From the NCBI RefSeq assembly GCF_006345805.1, contig NW_021834688.1, forward strand, positions 1 through 43,295: a DNA stretch of 43,295 bases, in the 5' to 3' direction. Position 1 is the first letter of the stretch. Each line of letters starts with the position of its first letter. A program made the translations under genes and the position numbers. This stretch comes from Octopus sinensis (lineage: Eukaryota). The notes beneath the pieces are model-generated. The model was given only the letters and a program-made list of their open reading frames with translations. It ran no database searches and was not told the DNA's origin. This document shows, one piece after another, positions 21,639 to 35,842 of this stretch.

Positions 21639-22960
21639 CAGTATGGTCCAAAAATATTACACCCCTTGACTTTTTGACAAATAAAATCAATTTTCGATAC
21701 TAATAATTAATTACTTAAACTATTTTTATGCAATTTAGTTCCTATTAAACTTGATTTAATGATTTTTATTTTTTTAAAACCAAAAATCAATTTATTTTAT
21801 ATCTGTGAGCAAAAACATGAAAAATTGCCGGCTCATAAATAGTACACCATTTAAAAAGTCAGTATTTGGCGTGCCCTCCTTTATTTTTGATGACTGCTTT
21901 TAGTCTCGAGGTCATTGATTCCACCAATTTGATACATATTTCCTTTGGAATTTTTTTCCATTCTTCAATAATTAAATTTTCTAGATTTTTTTTATTTGTG
22001 ACGTCAAATGTTTCAATTTTTCTTTTTAAATAGCACCATAGGTGTTCAATTGGATTTAAATCTGGCGACATGCTCGGCCAGTCCATTTGCAAGATTTTTT
22101 TTCAGTCAAAAAACTTTTAGACTTCTTTGCAGTATGCTTCGGATCGTTATTTTGTTGGAAAATCGGATTTCCTGAATGATCGTTGATAAAGGAAATTATT
22201 TTTTCCTCAAGTATATTAATGTACATGTCTACATTCATGATCCCATTTATGATATAAAGTTCACCAGGTCCTTGCAAGCTCATAGATCCCCATATCTTTA
22301 TATTTCCGCCGCCATGTTTCATTGTAGCTACTATGCATTTTGGATTTAGTGCATTGCCATTTTTGCGCCACACATGCTGAATTCCATCTGATCCGAACAA
22401 ATTGATTTTGGTCTCATCTGACACAGAATTCTATTCCAAAAATCCATATTTTTGTTTACATATTTTTTTGCAAATTGTAAACGGTTTCTTTTGTGCCTTT
22501 TTGACAATAATGGTTTCCTTCGAGGTACTCGGCCATATAAATTGCATTCATGTAGTGTCCTTTTTATTGTAAATTTTGATATTTGAATATCAGAATAAGA
22601 TTCCAATTGTTTTGCAATTGCAGATGAAGAGATTCTTGGATTTTTTTCAGCAGAACGTCTGATCAGACGGATTGATCTGATAGATAACTTCTTCGTTCTC
22701 CCTCTTTCTCCATTTAAAATGCCATTTATTCCGTTTTTTCGGTATTTTTGTACAATCTTAGGAACGGTGTTCTTGCTAATCTCAAGTTTCTTGGCAATTT
22801 TTTTGTATCCATAGTTGTCCTCGTGTAAGGAAATAATACGATTTTTAATATCTGAAGAGAGATCAACACTACGAAAGTTCATGTTAATTATTCTGATAAT
22901 AAGGTAATTATTGTGGCGCGCCATAACTGAAACGGGCGCCAGACGTGTAACATTTTGACC
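21639..22960 (-). mobile_element. Tc1 transposon (DD34E type, D2 to N), CDS ~22882-21859 with two 1-nt frameshifts
   Basis: Paired-like HTH, GRVPRRKPLLS, WSDETK, KHGGG, FQQNNDPKH, WPSMSPDLNPIE. The left end is TA|CAGTATGGTCC at 21639. The right outer end was not found. Confidence 0.88.
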
Positions 22961-23149
22961 CTGAGAAAACCGCACAATGACCTTGATTAGCAATTAACAA
23001 AACTTTGAAATAATGTGACGCGCCATAACTGAAACATCTAATGAACAACAACATCTAATGAACAACATATTATGTCACATGGGCGACTATGTCGCGATGG
23101 GCAGCCAGTCCTTTTACGTGTTTCTATGGAAACCGCAGAAAAGGTATTA

Positions 23150-26124
23150 AGAAAAAAATGGAAAGGAAAAATTTTATTTTAAAATAAAAGGCTGTTAGTG
23201 AGGGTATAATTAAGACCTTCGGCATTTCTGCCTTTTCAGTCCCGCACACACGCTCGCCTCTCAGCCGCAAACTAAGACTTACCGTCTTACCTGCCACCCA
23301 GACATTATCTTTTCTAAGACCTCAGGGAGGCCTTTGAGGGACAATTCCTGGGTGTCCGTGAGCTCCACTCGCCATCCTAAGCCATGGGCTAGCCGGATGG
23401 CTCGTCTTCTGACTTTCTTGAGCGCGTCAACGTACTTCTCTCGGTCCTCACAGAAGTGCCAGGCATGTACGCCATAGGTCAACACGGGTAACACCATGGC
23501 GTTAAACACACGTAGCCAAGCACCTCTCCGCAGCCGGAAAGCACGCAACGCGCCTAATCGCTGCATTGCACGCATTTTCGTACGTGCAATGTGATCATCA
23601 AACTTACCGGACGGCTTAAAGAGCACGCCCAAATAAGTCATCCGATCAACTGCGGCAATTGCTGACCCGTTCAGCAATAACCTAGGAGCGTAATTAGTGT
23701 AACCCCTCGTCCTTTTACAGACTTTGAGAACACTGCACTTATCCGCACGCATCTTTAGACCCCTACTCCCACACCAGTTTACAAGTCCATCCACAGCAAC
23801 CTGTAGCCTACGACACGCACACTCAGGTTTCATCGAGTGATCCCAGAGGATGATGTCGTCTGCATAAATTACCATTTCAGTACGAGCATTGACTGGCATG
23901 GGCGCAGATGCCATAAAGACATTAAAAAGCGTGGGACTCAGCACAGAGCCCTGAGGGACCCCGCGAAGGACTGTTCTGACTTTAGAAAAGACCCCCTGAT
24001 GCCGCACGACCTGTCCGCGAGATTCAAGGAACCCCGACAGCCAGCGCCTTAGACACGGAAAAACCCCACACGTGGCGAGGGAGCTCCGGAGGCCGTCGTG
24101 CCACACCGAGTCGAAGGCCTTTTCGATGTCAAGACTAACTAGCATACCGCATTCCTTCTTCTGGAGGGCGCACTTCATCTCAGAAGACACCTTCCATAAG
24201 CAGTCTCCACACGAACGACCCTCCCTGAAGCCCCATTGGAACTCAGGGAGGGCATCAACCACCGTCAGCTCCTCCAGGAGCCTTCGGTGCATGATCCTTT
24301 CTAAAATTTTAGATACAGCGGGAAGCAAGGAAATAGGTCTGTATCCCCCGGGGACATCATGAGGCATCCTGGGTTTTCCGATAAGGATTACCTCAGCCAC
24401 TTTCTATCTAGAGGGAATCATCCCAAGTCGCAAGCTCCCGCTAAACAAGACCTGTAAGGCGGTGATCAACAACGGCGGGGCCTTCTTGAAGAGGGCCATA
24501 GGGATCCGATCCAGACCCGCCGCGGTGTTCTTACTTCGGGAGATCGCTGCCAGAATCTCCGCTTCGGAAATATCGCCTGCATCGTTCCTTGATATGCCCA
24601 GCTGGCAGCGCTTGTCCCACGACAATATCTGCTGGACAGTATCAAAGGACGATGTCTCCACGAACTGGCTTCCGTCAGTTCCAGAGATGTTATCGAGGTG
24701 GGTCGAAAATATTTCAGCCACCTCAACCGGGTCCGAAACGAGGGTTCCATCAGAGCGTTTAAGGCGCACTGAATTTGCTACCCCTCTCCCCGACAGGCTC
24801 TTCAACTGTTTCCAGAAGTCCGGGAAGCGGGCGTCTACGCGTCTGCAGGCTCGCTCCCACCGTGAACTTTCAAGTTCGCGGATTTCTCTTTTGATCTCCC
24901 TCTGAAGCCGGCTAATCCAGCCACGAAACCAAACACGGTTTTCCTCGTAAACGCATTTGTCCCGTAGTCTGGATAGCCGGCGCTTAAACTTAATTTTATT
25001 TAAGACCCGGTATGGCAGCGTGGAATGTGACTTACCCTGCACTGAGTTCTGTTTGAAATTATCTCGCATATAATCAGTCAGGGCAGCATTGATTCCATTA
25101 TCTAACGCCTCCAACTCACGTATATTGGCACAGGTATTCCCCACCAGAAGTGAGGGCAACCTGCTGGCCATGAACCTCTCCAGGTTGGCCCAAGAACCCG
25201 ACCGGAGGTCGAAGTATCCCGGAACCCTTTGAGAAACTGGCTCGCGGAGTTCGTGCAATAGAGGCAGATGGTCGCTTCCAATATCGGGCAATAAAATTGT
25301 TTTACTAACCCAATTTAGCATTCCAGGACTGACCAGAGCAAGCCCTAGCCAGTCCAGTCCGCCTCGCGAATCGATGTGGTTTGGCTCACTTGAAGTCCGG
25401 ATTTCCAGCCCGAGGTCTTCAACCAGCGTCTTCAGAGCCAAACCATGCGCGTTGGTTACCCTGAAACCAAGCTCTATGTGCTTGGCATTCAGGTCTCCAA
25501 CAACCATCGCCTTCGGATGCTTTCCAAAGAACTCCCGTACGTGCCAGGAACACGCCGTAAAGTTCTTCGAATACATCGCCCCTAGGAAAAATGTAAGGTT
25601 ACCTATACGAATCCTTACTTGAAAGAATTCGCATAGGCTACAAGAACATAAACCTGAACTTTGCAATGCGAGGTACGGCTTGTAGAAGAGGCTAGTTCCC
25701 GTGCCACATATTGATCCCTGTTTCCAGGGTATGTGACAACAGTTGTAGCCATCAACTACGTACGGACCCCCCTTTACCTTCGTTTCGTTAACCACCAGAA
25801 TGTCCGCACTCGTGGTGGTTAACATCCTCTGAACGGCGTCTCCTTTACCGGACAAGGAGCGCGCGTTCACCGATATAATGTTGAGCATCATATCGGTTCC
25901 TCACCAAGGATCTTCTTGGCCTCAGCCATGTTGCAATGTAGCATATCTGCTACACTGCACTTCGTCGCCCTACATAATTTTAGTAGGCGCACACACAACT
26001 CCACCGCAGGACTAACACTGTCCTGGGGAGCACGCTCGCCAGGGGGGGAGTGCGGTGGCATTTCCACGTATGGAGGACGCCTTTTCCCCCCTAGGTTTTG
26101 CTGGGCGGTATCACCTGTAGCCCT
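23150..26124 (-). mobile_element. Jockey/I-group LINE: ORF1 tail + ORF2 (APE endonuclease + RT), 5' end lost at the satellite
   Basis: APE motifs NARS, NETK, VGDLNAKH, GSDHLPL. RT motifs YRPISLL, LDIEKAFDSVWH, GVPQGSVLSP, IYADD. A single TGG-to-TAG nonsense lies at 24404-24406. The ORF1 stop overlaps the ORF2 ATG (ATGA, 25888-25891). Confidence 0.9.
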
Positions 26125-28004
26125 GTATCTACACATTTAGGCACCTCATAAAATTGCATAATATATTACGCAATTTATTACCTAATCTCAAGTACCCTTG
26201 TTTCCTCATATCTAGGAACCTCTCCAAATTGCATAATATATTACGTAATTTATTACATAATCTCAAGTATCCTCGTATCTACACATTTAGGCACCTCTTA
26301 AAATTGCATAATTTATTACGCAATTTATTACCTAATCTCAAGTACCCTTGTTTCCTCATATCTAGGAACCTCTCCAAATTGCATAATATATTAAGTAATT
26401 TATTACATAATCTCAAGTATCCTCGTATCTACACATTTAGGCACCTCTTAAAATTGCATAATATATTACGCAATTTATTACCTAATCTCAAGTACCCTTT
26501 TTTCCTCAAATCTAGGAACCTCTCCAAATTGCATAATATATTACGCAATTTATTACCTAATCTCAAGTACCCTTGTTTCTTCATATCTAGAAACCTCACC
26601 AAATTGCATAATATATTACGCAATTTATTACATAATCTCAAGTATCCTCGTATCTACACATTTAGGCACCTCTTAAAATTGCATAATATATTACGCAATT
26701 TATTACCTAATCTCAAGTACCCTTTTTTCCTCATATCTAGAAACCTCACCAAATTGCATAATATATTACGTAATTTATTACATAATCTCAAGTATCCTCG
26801 TATCTACACATTTAGGCACCTCTTAAAATTGCATAATATATTACGCAATTTATAACCTAATCTCAAGTACCCTTGTTTCCTCATATCTAGGAACCTCTCC
26901 AAATTGCATAATATATAACGTAATTTATTACTTAATCTCAAGTATCCTCGTATCTACACATTTAGGCTCCTCTTAAAATTGCATAATATATTACGCAATT
27001 TATTACCTAATCTCAAGTACCCTTGTTTCTTCATATCTAGAAACCTCACCAAATTGCATAATATATTACGTAATTATTACATAATCTCAAGTATCCTCGT
27101 ATCTACATATTTAGGAACCTCCCCAAATTGCATAATATATTACGCAATTTATTACCTAATCTCAAGTACCCTTGTTTCCTCATATCTAGGAACCTCTTTA
27201 AATTGCATAATATATTAAGTAATTTATTACATAATCTCAAGTATCCTCGTATCTACACATTTAGGCACCTCTTAAAATTGCATAATATATTACGCAATTT
27301 ATTACCTAATCTCAAGTACCCTTTTTCCTCAAATCTAGGAACCTCTCCAAATTGCATAATATATACGCAATTTATTACCTAATCTCAAGTACCCTTGTTT
27401 CTTCATATCTAGAAACCTCACCAAATTGCATAATATATTACGCAATTTATTACATAATCTCAAGTATCCTCGTATCTACACATTTAGGCACCTCTTAAAA
27501 TTGCATAATATATTACGCAATTTATTACCTAATCTCAAGTACCCTTTTTTCCTCATATCTAGAAACCTCACCAAATTGCATAATATATTACGTAATTTAT
27601 TACATAATCTCAAGTATCCTCGTATCTACACATTTAGGCACCTCTTAAAATTGCATAATATATTACGCAATTTATAACCTAATCTCAAGTACCCTTGTTT
27701 CCTCATATCTAGGAACCTCTCCAAATTGCATAATATATAACGTAATTTATTACTTAATCTCAAGTATCCTCGTATCTACACATTTAGGCTCTTCTTAAAA
27801 TTGCATAATATATTACGCAATTTATTACCTAATCTCAAGTACCCTTGTTTCCTCATTTCTAGAAACTTCTCCAAATTGCATAATATATTACGTAATTATT
27901 ACATAATCTCAAGTATCCTCGTATCTACATATTTAGAAACCTCCCCAAATTGCATAATATATTACGCAATTATTACCTAATCTAAGTACCCTTGTTTCCT
28001 CATA
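26125..28004. repeat. Tandem satellite, ~25 monomers of 75 bp, two main variants, 11-monomer higher-order repeat
   Basis: AAATTGCATAAT recurs at 26151, 26226, 26301... Diagnostic variants recur ~822-824 bp apart (26376/27200, 26826/27648, 27051/27873). Confidence 0.97.
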
Positions 28005-29300
28005 ACAGTTTTTTTCGCAGAGTTGCAATGTTTGCAATTCGTTTTTCCTGCTCCAAAGAGGAAATTGCGGTCTTGTAGTAAACAGAAGGATGCTTCTGAT
28101 CTCGGAGAGATGTTTCCATATGTTAAACACGCGGAGGACTCCGTGACATCGACACTAGTATCTTCCAAACAATTAAAGAGGATTGAATGCAGAGGTTTTT
28201 TCCTGATTTCTGCAATTAGGTATTTATTCTGTAATCCTTGCAGTGCCTTCACATTGAGACTTCCATGGTCTCCAATTTTGTATTTTCGAGTGATAAATTC
28301 TACGATTGTGGCCATATGTGTTTTCTTTGACTTCATGACCCGCAAAATTCCCGCTCTTTTCAAACAGTAATGAGACTTCTTTTCAAGGTCTCCGAAAAAT
28401 TGGAGGAGCATTCTTTCGCTTTTTTGAGTTATAGATACGAGTCCTCTTTCAAGACGATTCCTGGGTAGGTATAATCTTTCTTTGTTCGCCGGCTTCAGGT
28501 GAATCTTATTCTGTATTAGAATTCCTCTGATTTTTTTATCAATAACCTCAAATTCGGTTGGGTCGATATCAATAAGTCCAATATAATAATTATAAAGAGA
28601 CAATGCATGTTCATTGATGGATTTGAATAGATTCCCTGAGTTAAGTTTTGTAGTGGCCAGATTGTTAATTCTTTTCTTCATCTCATCAAAGATTGATTTT
28701 AGCACATCGCTTTTCAGTATGTTACTCATTTTATCTTCGAGCACTCCCAGGTATCGGTAGCTATCAAGTCCATCAAGTAGTTTTGCCTCGGAAGCTAAGC
28801 ACTGCACGTTAGTAGCTGACTTTTCCACATTTTTCTCTAGTCCAGGAGCCTCGAAAAAAAGATTAACATCATTCATTATTTTTATCAACGTATCTTCTTT
28901 CTTCGAGAATATTTTTAAGTCATTCATGAAAAGTAGATGGTTTGTTGAGTATGTAAGTGATCCCTGGCCAGAGTTGTCCATATTCAGTTTTGGGTACTTC
29001 ACATTTAATAATCTGCTTAACGGATCCATCAATAGCACAAAGATCTGAGGGGATAACGAGTCTCCTTGTAAGATTCCCTTTCGTAATTTAAGTTCTCCAA
29101 TTTCTTTTTTGTCAAATATCAATTTAATTTTCCATCTTTTCACCAAATTTTTGATGAAATCTTTAATCCAATTTGGAAGGCCAGAAGAGTCAAGAATCTT
29201 AAAAAGAAAGTCGTGGTCCACTGTGTCGAAAGCTTTTCTAACATCGATCCATGCAGAGGCCAAATTATTTCCGTTTTGTTGATTATTTGTTCTTAAATTC
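28005..29300 (-). mobile_element. R4/Dong-like element copy B, uninterrupted, 3' end replaced by satellite
   Basis: ORF 27977-29338 reads through both the pogo site and the LPRNRL frameshift of copy A. It ends at CKHCNSAKKTV, then satellite sequence. Confidence 0.88.
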
Positions 29301-32300
29301 TTTCCCATTATCCGTCTGTAGAATAAATGGGGGACCAATAATGAAATCGGTCAATATAAAAAACATCTATTTGAATATTTTTGATTACTTCAAGTTCATG
29401 TTTGGTTAGGTTGAGTAAAACCATTTTTGAAATTTAGATTTGATCAATTATACTTATTCTTTTTTAAAATCACTTTTTTATTAAATTGGGGGACCTGGCA
29501 AGCAGAAGGAGAAATGATCATCGGGAACGGACATGGCTTTTCCAACGAATATCAATAGCCATCTTGCGTGGGAATTGCTATTTCATCTTATCCTCTGCTG
29601 CTAATTAAATTCGTGTTCAGTTTTTAAACAAAAATTTGTCTTTTTTAAAATCGGAAAACTTAGATAACCAAAACAAAATATGTTGCGAACTATGCGCGCG
29701 ATCAATGTGACGTATGTTGAAAGGCAAAGATTTGAGGTGACAAGGAATCACCCTGGAGTATGCCTCTTTCCAATTTTACCTCTCCGATTTCATTATGATT
29801 CAGAATTAGCTTAATTCTCCACTTCGTTACAAGGTTTTTCACAAAATTCACAATCCAGCAAGGGAGTCCGGAGTTTTCAAGCACCTGAATCAGAAAATCA
29901 TGATATACCGAATCGAACGCTTTCTTTACATCAATCCAGGTAGAAAACAAATTATTTCCGTTTTGCTTGTAAATGCACCGGTTAAGAATTGCTTGTTCCT
30001 TTGCCCCTTGACACATCTGCCGAGTTCCCAATTGATTATCGGCAATCAGATTATATGCCTCAATATAATCTCTCAACTTCCTGTTAACACATTTCGTTCC
30101 AAGTTTATATAAGTTAGACATACAAGTAATTGGTCTAAAATATTTGGGTCCTTGACAAATATCTTTTTTTGAGATGAGATATGTGATTCCAGTGTAGAAC
30201 CACTCATACGGTGTGTATTCACCATGAATTATCTTGACTAGTTCTTCACACAAGTGATCATGGATTGAGGTAATTTTTTTTAAAAAGAAATTATACACCC
30301 GCTAGCTCTCCAGTTTTGGAGTTGTTTAATTATTTTAAGGATGCTTTCTTTACTAAACTCTGCAAATGTATCCTCTGCCATGTCACTCTCTTGTTAATCT
30401 GTAACACACTATCACTTCTCTCATTTTTACTCCATATTTTTTTCCAATATGATAGATATTCACTGTCATTAAACGTCAGAATTTCAATTTACTTATGACA
30501 TGTAAAACCGGACAAAAATAAAAACAAATCATTTAGTAGTTAATATGTCCACCATTTGCACTGAAAATTTTGTAACATCTATTTTTCAAAGACATTACTA
30601 GTTTTTTCAATAATTCTGGTGATATATTATTCCATATTTCTGTTAATTCCTCCTTTAGTTCATTTTTGTTCTTGACTACATTTTTTGATAATTTTCTCTT
30701 CATTTCTGCCCATAGATGCTCTATAAGGTTTAGATCCGGTGATTGAGCCGGCCATTGAAGTAAAATAATGTTTTTTTTCTTTAATGTAATCTTGTACCAT
30801 TTTAGATTTATGGCAAGGTGCATTATCCTCTTGTAAAATAAATGAGTCTATCCCGAATTTTTTCGCCACATTCGAATATATTATTGGATAAAATATTAAT
30901 ATATTTTGCGCTATTCAGGATTCCATCAATAAAAACAAGATTATCGATTTCGTTATACGAGAAACTGTCCCAGACCATTACTTTCCACCACCGAATTTTA
31001 CAGTTGGGATAATATTGCATTTTTTGTATGCAGAACCATTTTCTCTGTACACTATTTGATGCTTATTGGTATTAAAAATATCAAAAGAGCATTCATCAGT
31101 AAAAATTACCGACTTCCATGTCTCGTCGGAAATGCTTAAAAATGATTTCGTAATTTCACGTCTTGAAATTATATTTTTGCGGATAAAAGCGATCCCGCGT
31201 ATGCAAAACACAAATTCCTATCTTGCAAAAGACAGTATAATGCTTCGCACCCTGGACCATTGTTTCCTTTCGATAGCCATTGCGAAGAAGTAGATAGGTC
31301 GACATTTGATTCCTCCATACATTTAAACATCATTGAGTGTGGTGAATTACAGCAGATTCGGTTAAGCAAGAACTTTCTTTGAGCGTCCTTGAGTGAGTAA
31401 ATGTTCAGATTTTCTCCGCCGACAGCTGCGCGTTTAAATGCAAGAAATTCTGCGATTGATTCTTGTTTTTATTACTTGATAGTTGACTGTTTTTTCAAAC
31501 TTTTAAAAAACTGGGAGAGTATTTTTTGCTGCATTAACATTATTTTGGGGATTGTTGTGATTAGATAAATACGTCATTATCCCAATCAATAGAATGGAAA
31601 AACAGCCTTTGCATGGATCAAGTTGAGGAGAATATGGTGCATCAAATTTTCGCATACTCGTATGCCTTCAAAATATCCTTATTTTTATGGATTGGAACAT
31701 TATCCATATTATATAAATAAATGATTCTGCGAATTTGAGGTTTTAAATTTGATGTTTGTTATATTTGAACACATTCTTAAAGTCCTGTCAGCAACTGTTT
31801 ACGCAGACAGTAGGTATATTATTGAAACAATTGATTATGTCTTTTTTGTTTTCAACTTCTTGGAAGAATTCGTCAGCTGCTTTAATAATACACGTCTTTA
31901 TATGCTTCCCGTCACTAAAAGGTTCCCACCTTTTTACGATTTTTTAACTGATAATAAAACTGGCAATAGTAGAAATTTTTGATAACTGTTTTAAATTTTT
32001 AGACGTTGACGTTAAATATCCATCATTTCTTGTAAGCTCCAGAAGGATAATTTTGCGAAAAGCACTATTTTTGGAATTAAAATGTCTTCCCAAATTGAAT
32101 TTTTTGTTGTGTTTTAAAGTCTCTTGACATCTGAGACACGTAGGTAAGTTTTTAGATTGTAAAGCCCAGTATCAAAAAACAATTCAGGTGTTCGAGAAAA
32201 GATATTTAATGGAACTATACCATTTTCAGTTCAATTCTGACATTTTTATAACTATTTTGTCTTTGCGATTTCCAATATTGACAATGGGATATTCTATTTT

Positions 32301-35296
32301 GACATTTTTAATATTAATTTTAACAATGCTCTATTTAATAGAAAAGCAGCTATATCCATTGTAAAAATGGAAATGCGTATGTTTGTAAACGTGGAGGTAG
32401 AAAGGATGCTACGATTAATCTTACTGATGATGATATTAATTTAATTTCTACAATTAAAAATTAAGAACAATCCATCGATAACATTGAAGGAAACACAAAC
32501 ATTGGTAAATAATACAGTTTGTATTGTGACAGCACATAACCGACTTGGAGGCAAATTTATTACCTACAAAATGCTGCGAAGAGAACCAATTTCCAAAAAT
32601 TATTTTATTTTATTAAAACACCAAGACCACGGTAAAAACCGAACAAACAACAAGTGATCCCAATGCACTCAACCAGGGATCTTATCCTTGCTCGGTGATC
32701 TTTCCACGAGCTCATACAAGATCGCACCGGGCGGCTGGTCGCCTTTGTCGGGGCATTTGCAAACAAACTGAGCTTCAGCTTGATCAGATCTTCCAGAGGA
32801 GCTGGTCTGGAACGTTTGTTATCGTGTGAACAACGTTTGGTTAATCTGTGGGCCTTTTGTTGGACCTCTTCGATTCACCTCCTGTTGGACCACGATAACG
32901 GCGGACCCCATGATTCGCAGAGATAGGAAATGGACGGTTCAAAGTACTGAAGGTAAATATTCGTCAATACCGGGGGGAACCGCTTTTCCATAAACCGGAT
33001 AGGCTTCTGAGCACATTCATTTTTTTCTTCGCTCAAAAACCGGTGACAATTTATTTTTTTTACTTATTAAGAACTTCTACCCTTGCCATAGTAATTATAA
33101 AAAGGCATGTGCAACACAGGAAACAATGTTATTGGTCATTCTCTGCCTTCTACCACGGTCATGAGCAATTGATCTTAGTGCGTCCAGATCCTCACCAGAC
33201 TTTAAACACTTCCTCACTTTTTGGAGGTCATTGTGCAATGCGACCGGTAGCGACATCCTTGGTCGACCACAAAAGCATTTTTCTTCGAACATGAAATAAT
33301 CCTCCATCGCCACGTCGGCTGGGGAAGCGAGATCCATACGCAGAATATGGCAAAACAATCTTTATCTGGCGTCAGCGATATCCCGGCTTAGAGGCCTACT
33401 TCTGCATTTGTTGTAAATTCCAGAATTCGAAATTCTGGCAGGCTAGTTCACACCAAATAACAGTCTAAGCTATTTTCTGTGAAACGCATCAAGAGCCGTT
33501 GATTCGTCACTCGTACAGCCCCAAGTGCCGGCATTGTATAACAGCATCGACTTCACAAATACATTGTACATACGCATCCGTTTTTTTACTTCTTTTTTAA
33601 TAAAAAATACATACTGGAAAAATGAAAACAAGTGCATTTTTACTAATTGAATAATATATTTAATGCTTGGTAGGTTTATTTGGGTTAAGATGAGAGTTTA
33701 TCTTTCAGAGATTGAAATTAGATAATCCTTTTGGCCATATCTCTTTCAAATCCTCTTTTAACAGGCTGATAATTGCATACTACAGGAAGGGAAGCTCATA
33801 CTATCAGGAAAGTCATTTTGACTGCAAAATGAATTCCGTTGTTAATTAAAAAGAGTGTATATTCAAAATGCTTCAGTTCACAACAATAAACTAACTTTTT
33901 GATTTTACCCTGACCCACGACGTGGGTAGTAATTGGATGGAAATAAGATTCTAGAAAATCACATAAGTGTACTTATACAATAGCATGCAAATGTTCCGGA
34001 ATGAGCGTCGTATTTTACTCCCAAAATATTTGGCGATTTTTGAAACGGTATCTTTACATCGTTTAAACACAGTTTCACTTACGCTTTGCTGAAGTACGCA
34101 GCGCAGTAATCGACTTGAGGTACTCAATTTGGAAAATAGTTCAAGTCTGACCTTGTATTTTTGGTATATACATTCTTCCTGATGGTGAATACCAAACTCT
34201 GGTAAATGTAGCATTCCAACAATTATTAAAAACTAAATCTAAATCAGAAAAATCTTTTCTAGTTGGTTCATAATGATTCAGTTCTTTCGAAGTAAAGACA
34301 GAAAAGCCCAGACTACTGGCTAAGTCTTAAAGGATAGCTCCACCCATATTAGTTGTTTCACATCTATAACTCACATTTTCGCGTTAAGATCTCAGGCCAG
34401 GATTGTCAAGGAATTTTTTTCAAAGAACGTCACAATGACATTTGAATAACGCCTTAGAGACTTTGATTACATTCCACCTATGATCAGCCAGCCAGAAGTC
34501 GTGTGCAACTCAAGCACAATGAGGATTTGTCAGGTTTTAAAGGTTTTAGTGTCTGATCAGTTTTAATATACATATTGAATAGAGAATCGAAGTGCGAAGC
34601 TAGAATACTAGCTTTTTCGACGTCCTCGGTAACAGTACGATCGAGATTATCGTGGACAATGATAGTTAATACTCTACTTCTTTGCGTACGGAGTTCTTTG
34701 ATTTTCTCAGGTAAAGTTGTGTTTTCCGTTTGTACTCTGAGTTCTTTTTCTATTAGAGAAAGTCGTCCAATTTCCGGACTACTCTGTTTGTGTCTCGATC
34801 CGTGTATCGGCATTAACTGGTCAGAAAAAATCAATAATTCCATTCTATAATATATCTGCAACAGTAGACCCGTCACTATGGACATTACAGAAGCTCGTTA
34901 GCGCCTATTTGGGACAAACTAAGACTCGATAAAGATACTCATGCTTTTGGGTAATAAATCATATCACAACGATAGAAAATCGGCGTTCCGAGGACGTCCA
35001 CAAACAAAAATACCTACTGTTATTTCAAAAGACATTCAACGCATTAAGATACAAAAATAGAGACGACCTTGATACTCTCTGGAGTATACCACGGAACCGC
35101 GCATATTGAAAAAATATGATCAATATGTTTCTATGTTAGTGCAAATAATATTTCTCCTGGACCGCCGTAAGAACAATTTCTAATCTGATGAAATATTTCA
35201 TTAAAAAAATTGTACCTGATTTTAAAACCCTTATGCTTCTTTGAATCCAAGGATGACTATAGGAAAAATTATTACCAAGTCATTCAAAGTCTATCG

Positions 35297-35613
35297 AGTC
35301 AGGAACAAGAAGAACGTGTCCGTGAATTGTTAAGTCTAGTTGGCATTATTTCTGAAAGCATATCTAATCTTCCTTATGAGTTTAGTGGTGGTCAACACCA
35401 AAAAATTGGCATTGTACGATCTTTAGCTTTAAATCGCAGTTATATAGTATGTGATTAACCTATTGCATCTTTTGATGTCTCTATTTATGCACAAATCATC
35501 AATCTTCTAAAAAAACTCCAAGAAGATATTAGACTCACATATCGTTTAATTCCACATGACTAAATACTTATCGTCGGGTGTAACTGTCATGTATTTAGGA
35601 AAAATCATAAAAG
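35297..35613 (+). pseudogene. oppF: Duplicate of bacterial OppF-like fragment
   Basis: Same translation as 12124-12440. Confidence 0.85.
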
Positions 35614-35842
35614 TGAAAATAAAATTCTCCAGGGGACAAAATCTCTTATTACCTATTAAATATTTTATGTCGCGATCCAGAGCTGTGAGACGCCAAGAAA
35701 ATATTAATAAATTTTAATAAAAATTACATTTCTGAACTTTTTTTGTTGATCTCTTCAGTAAATATCTGAAATTACTAATTTTTTCTTTCACCCAAAACAA
35801 CATAACATAAAATCATATGTTGAACGTAGTATTTTAATGGAT

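Noticed and set aside
26154-27677. Leucine-rich 25-aa repeat proteins in the ORF track
   Set aside because: These are a by-product of a 75-bp (multiple of 3) monomer. The starts are TTG, and 1-bp indels break the frame freely.
26125-28004. CRISPR-like array (palindromic repeat plus spacer)
   Set aside because: The spacers are only two recurring variants rather than unique sequences, there are no cas genes, and the context is eukaryotic.
26125-28004. Telomeric TTAGG/TTAGGC motifs in the satellite
   Set aside because: Only isolated single occurrences per monomer, never tandem.
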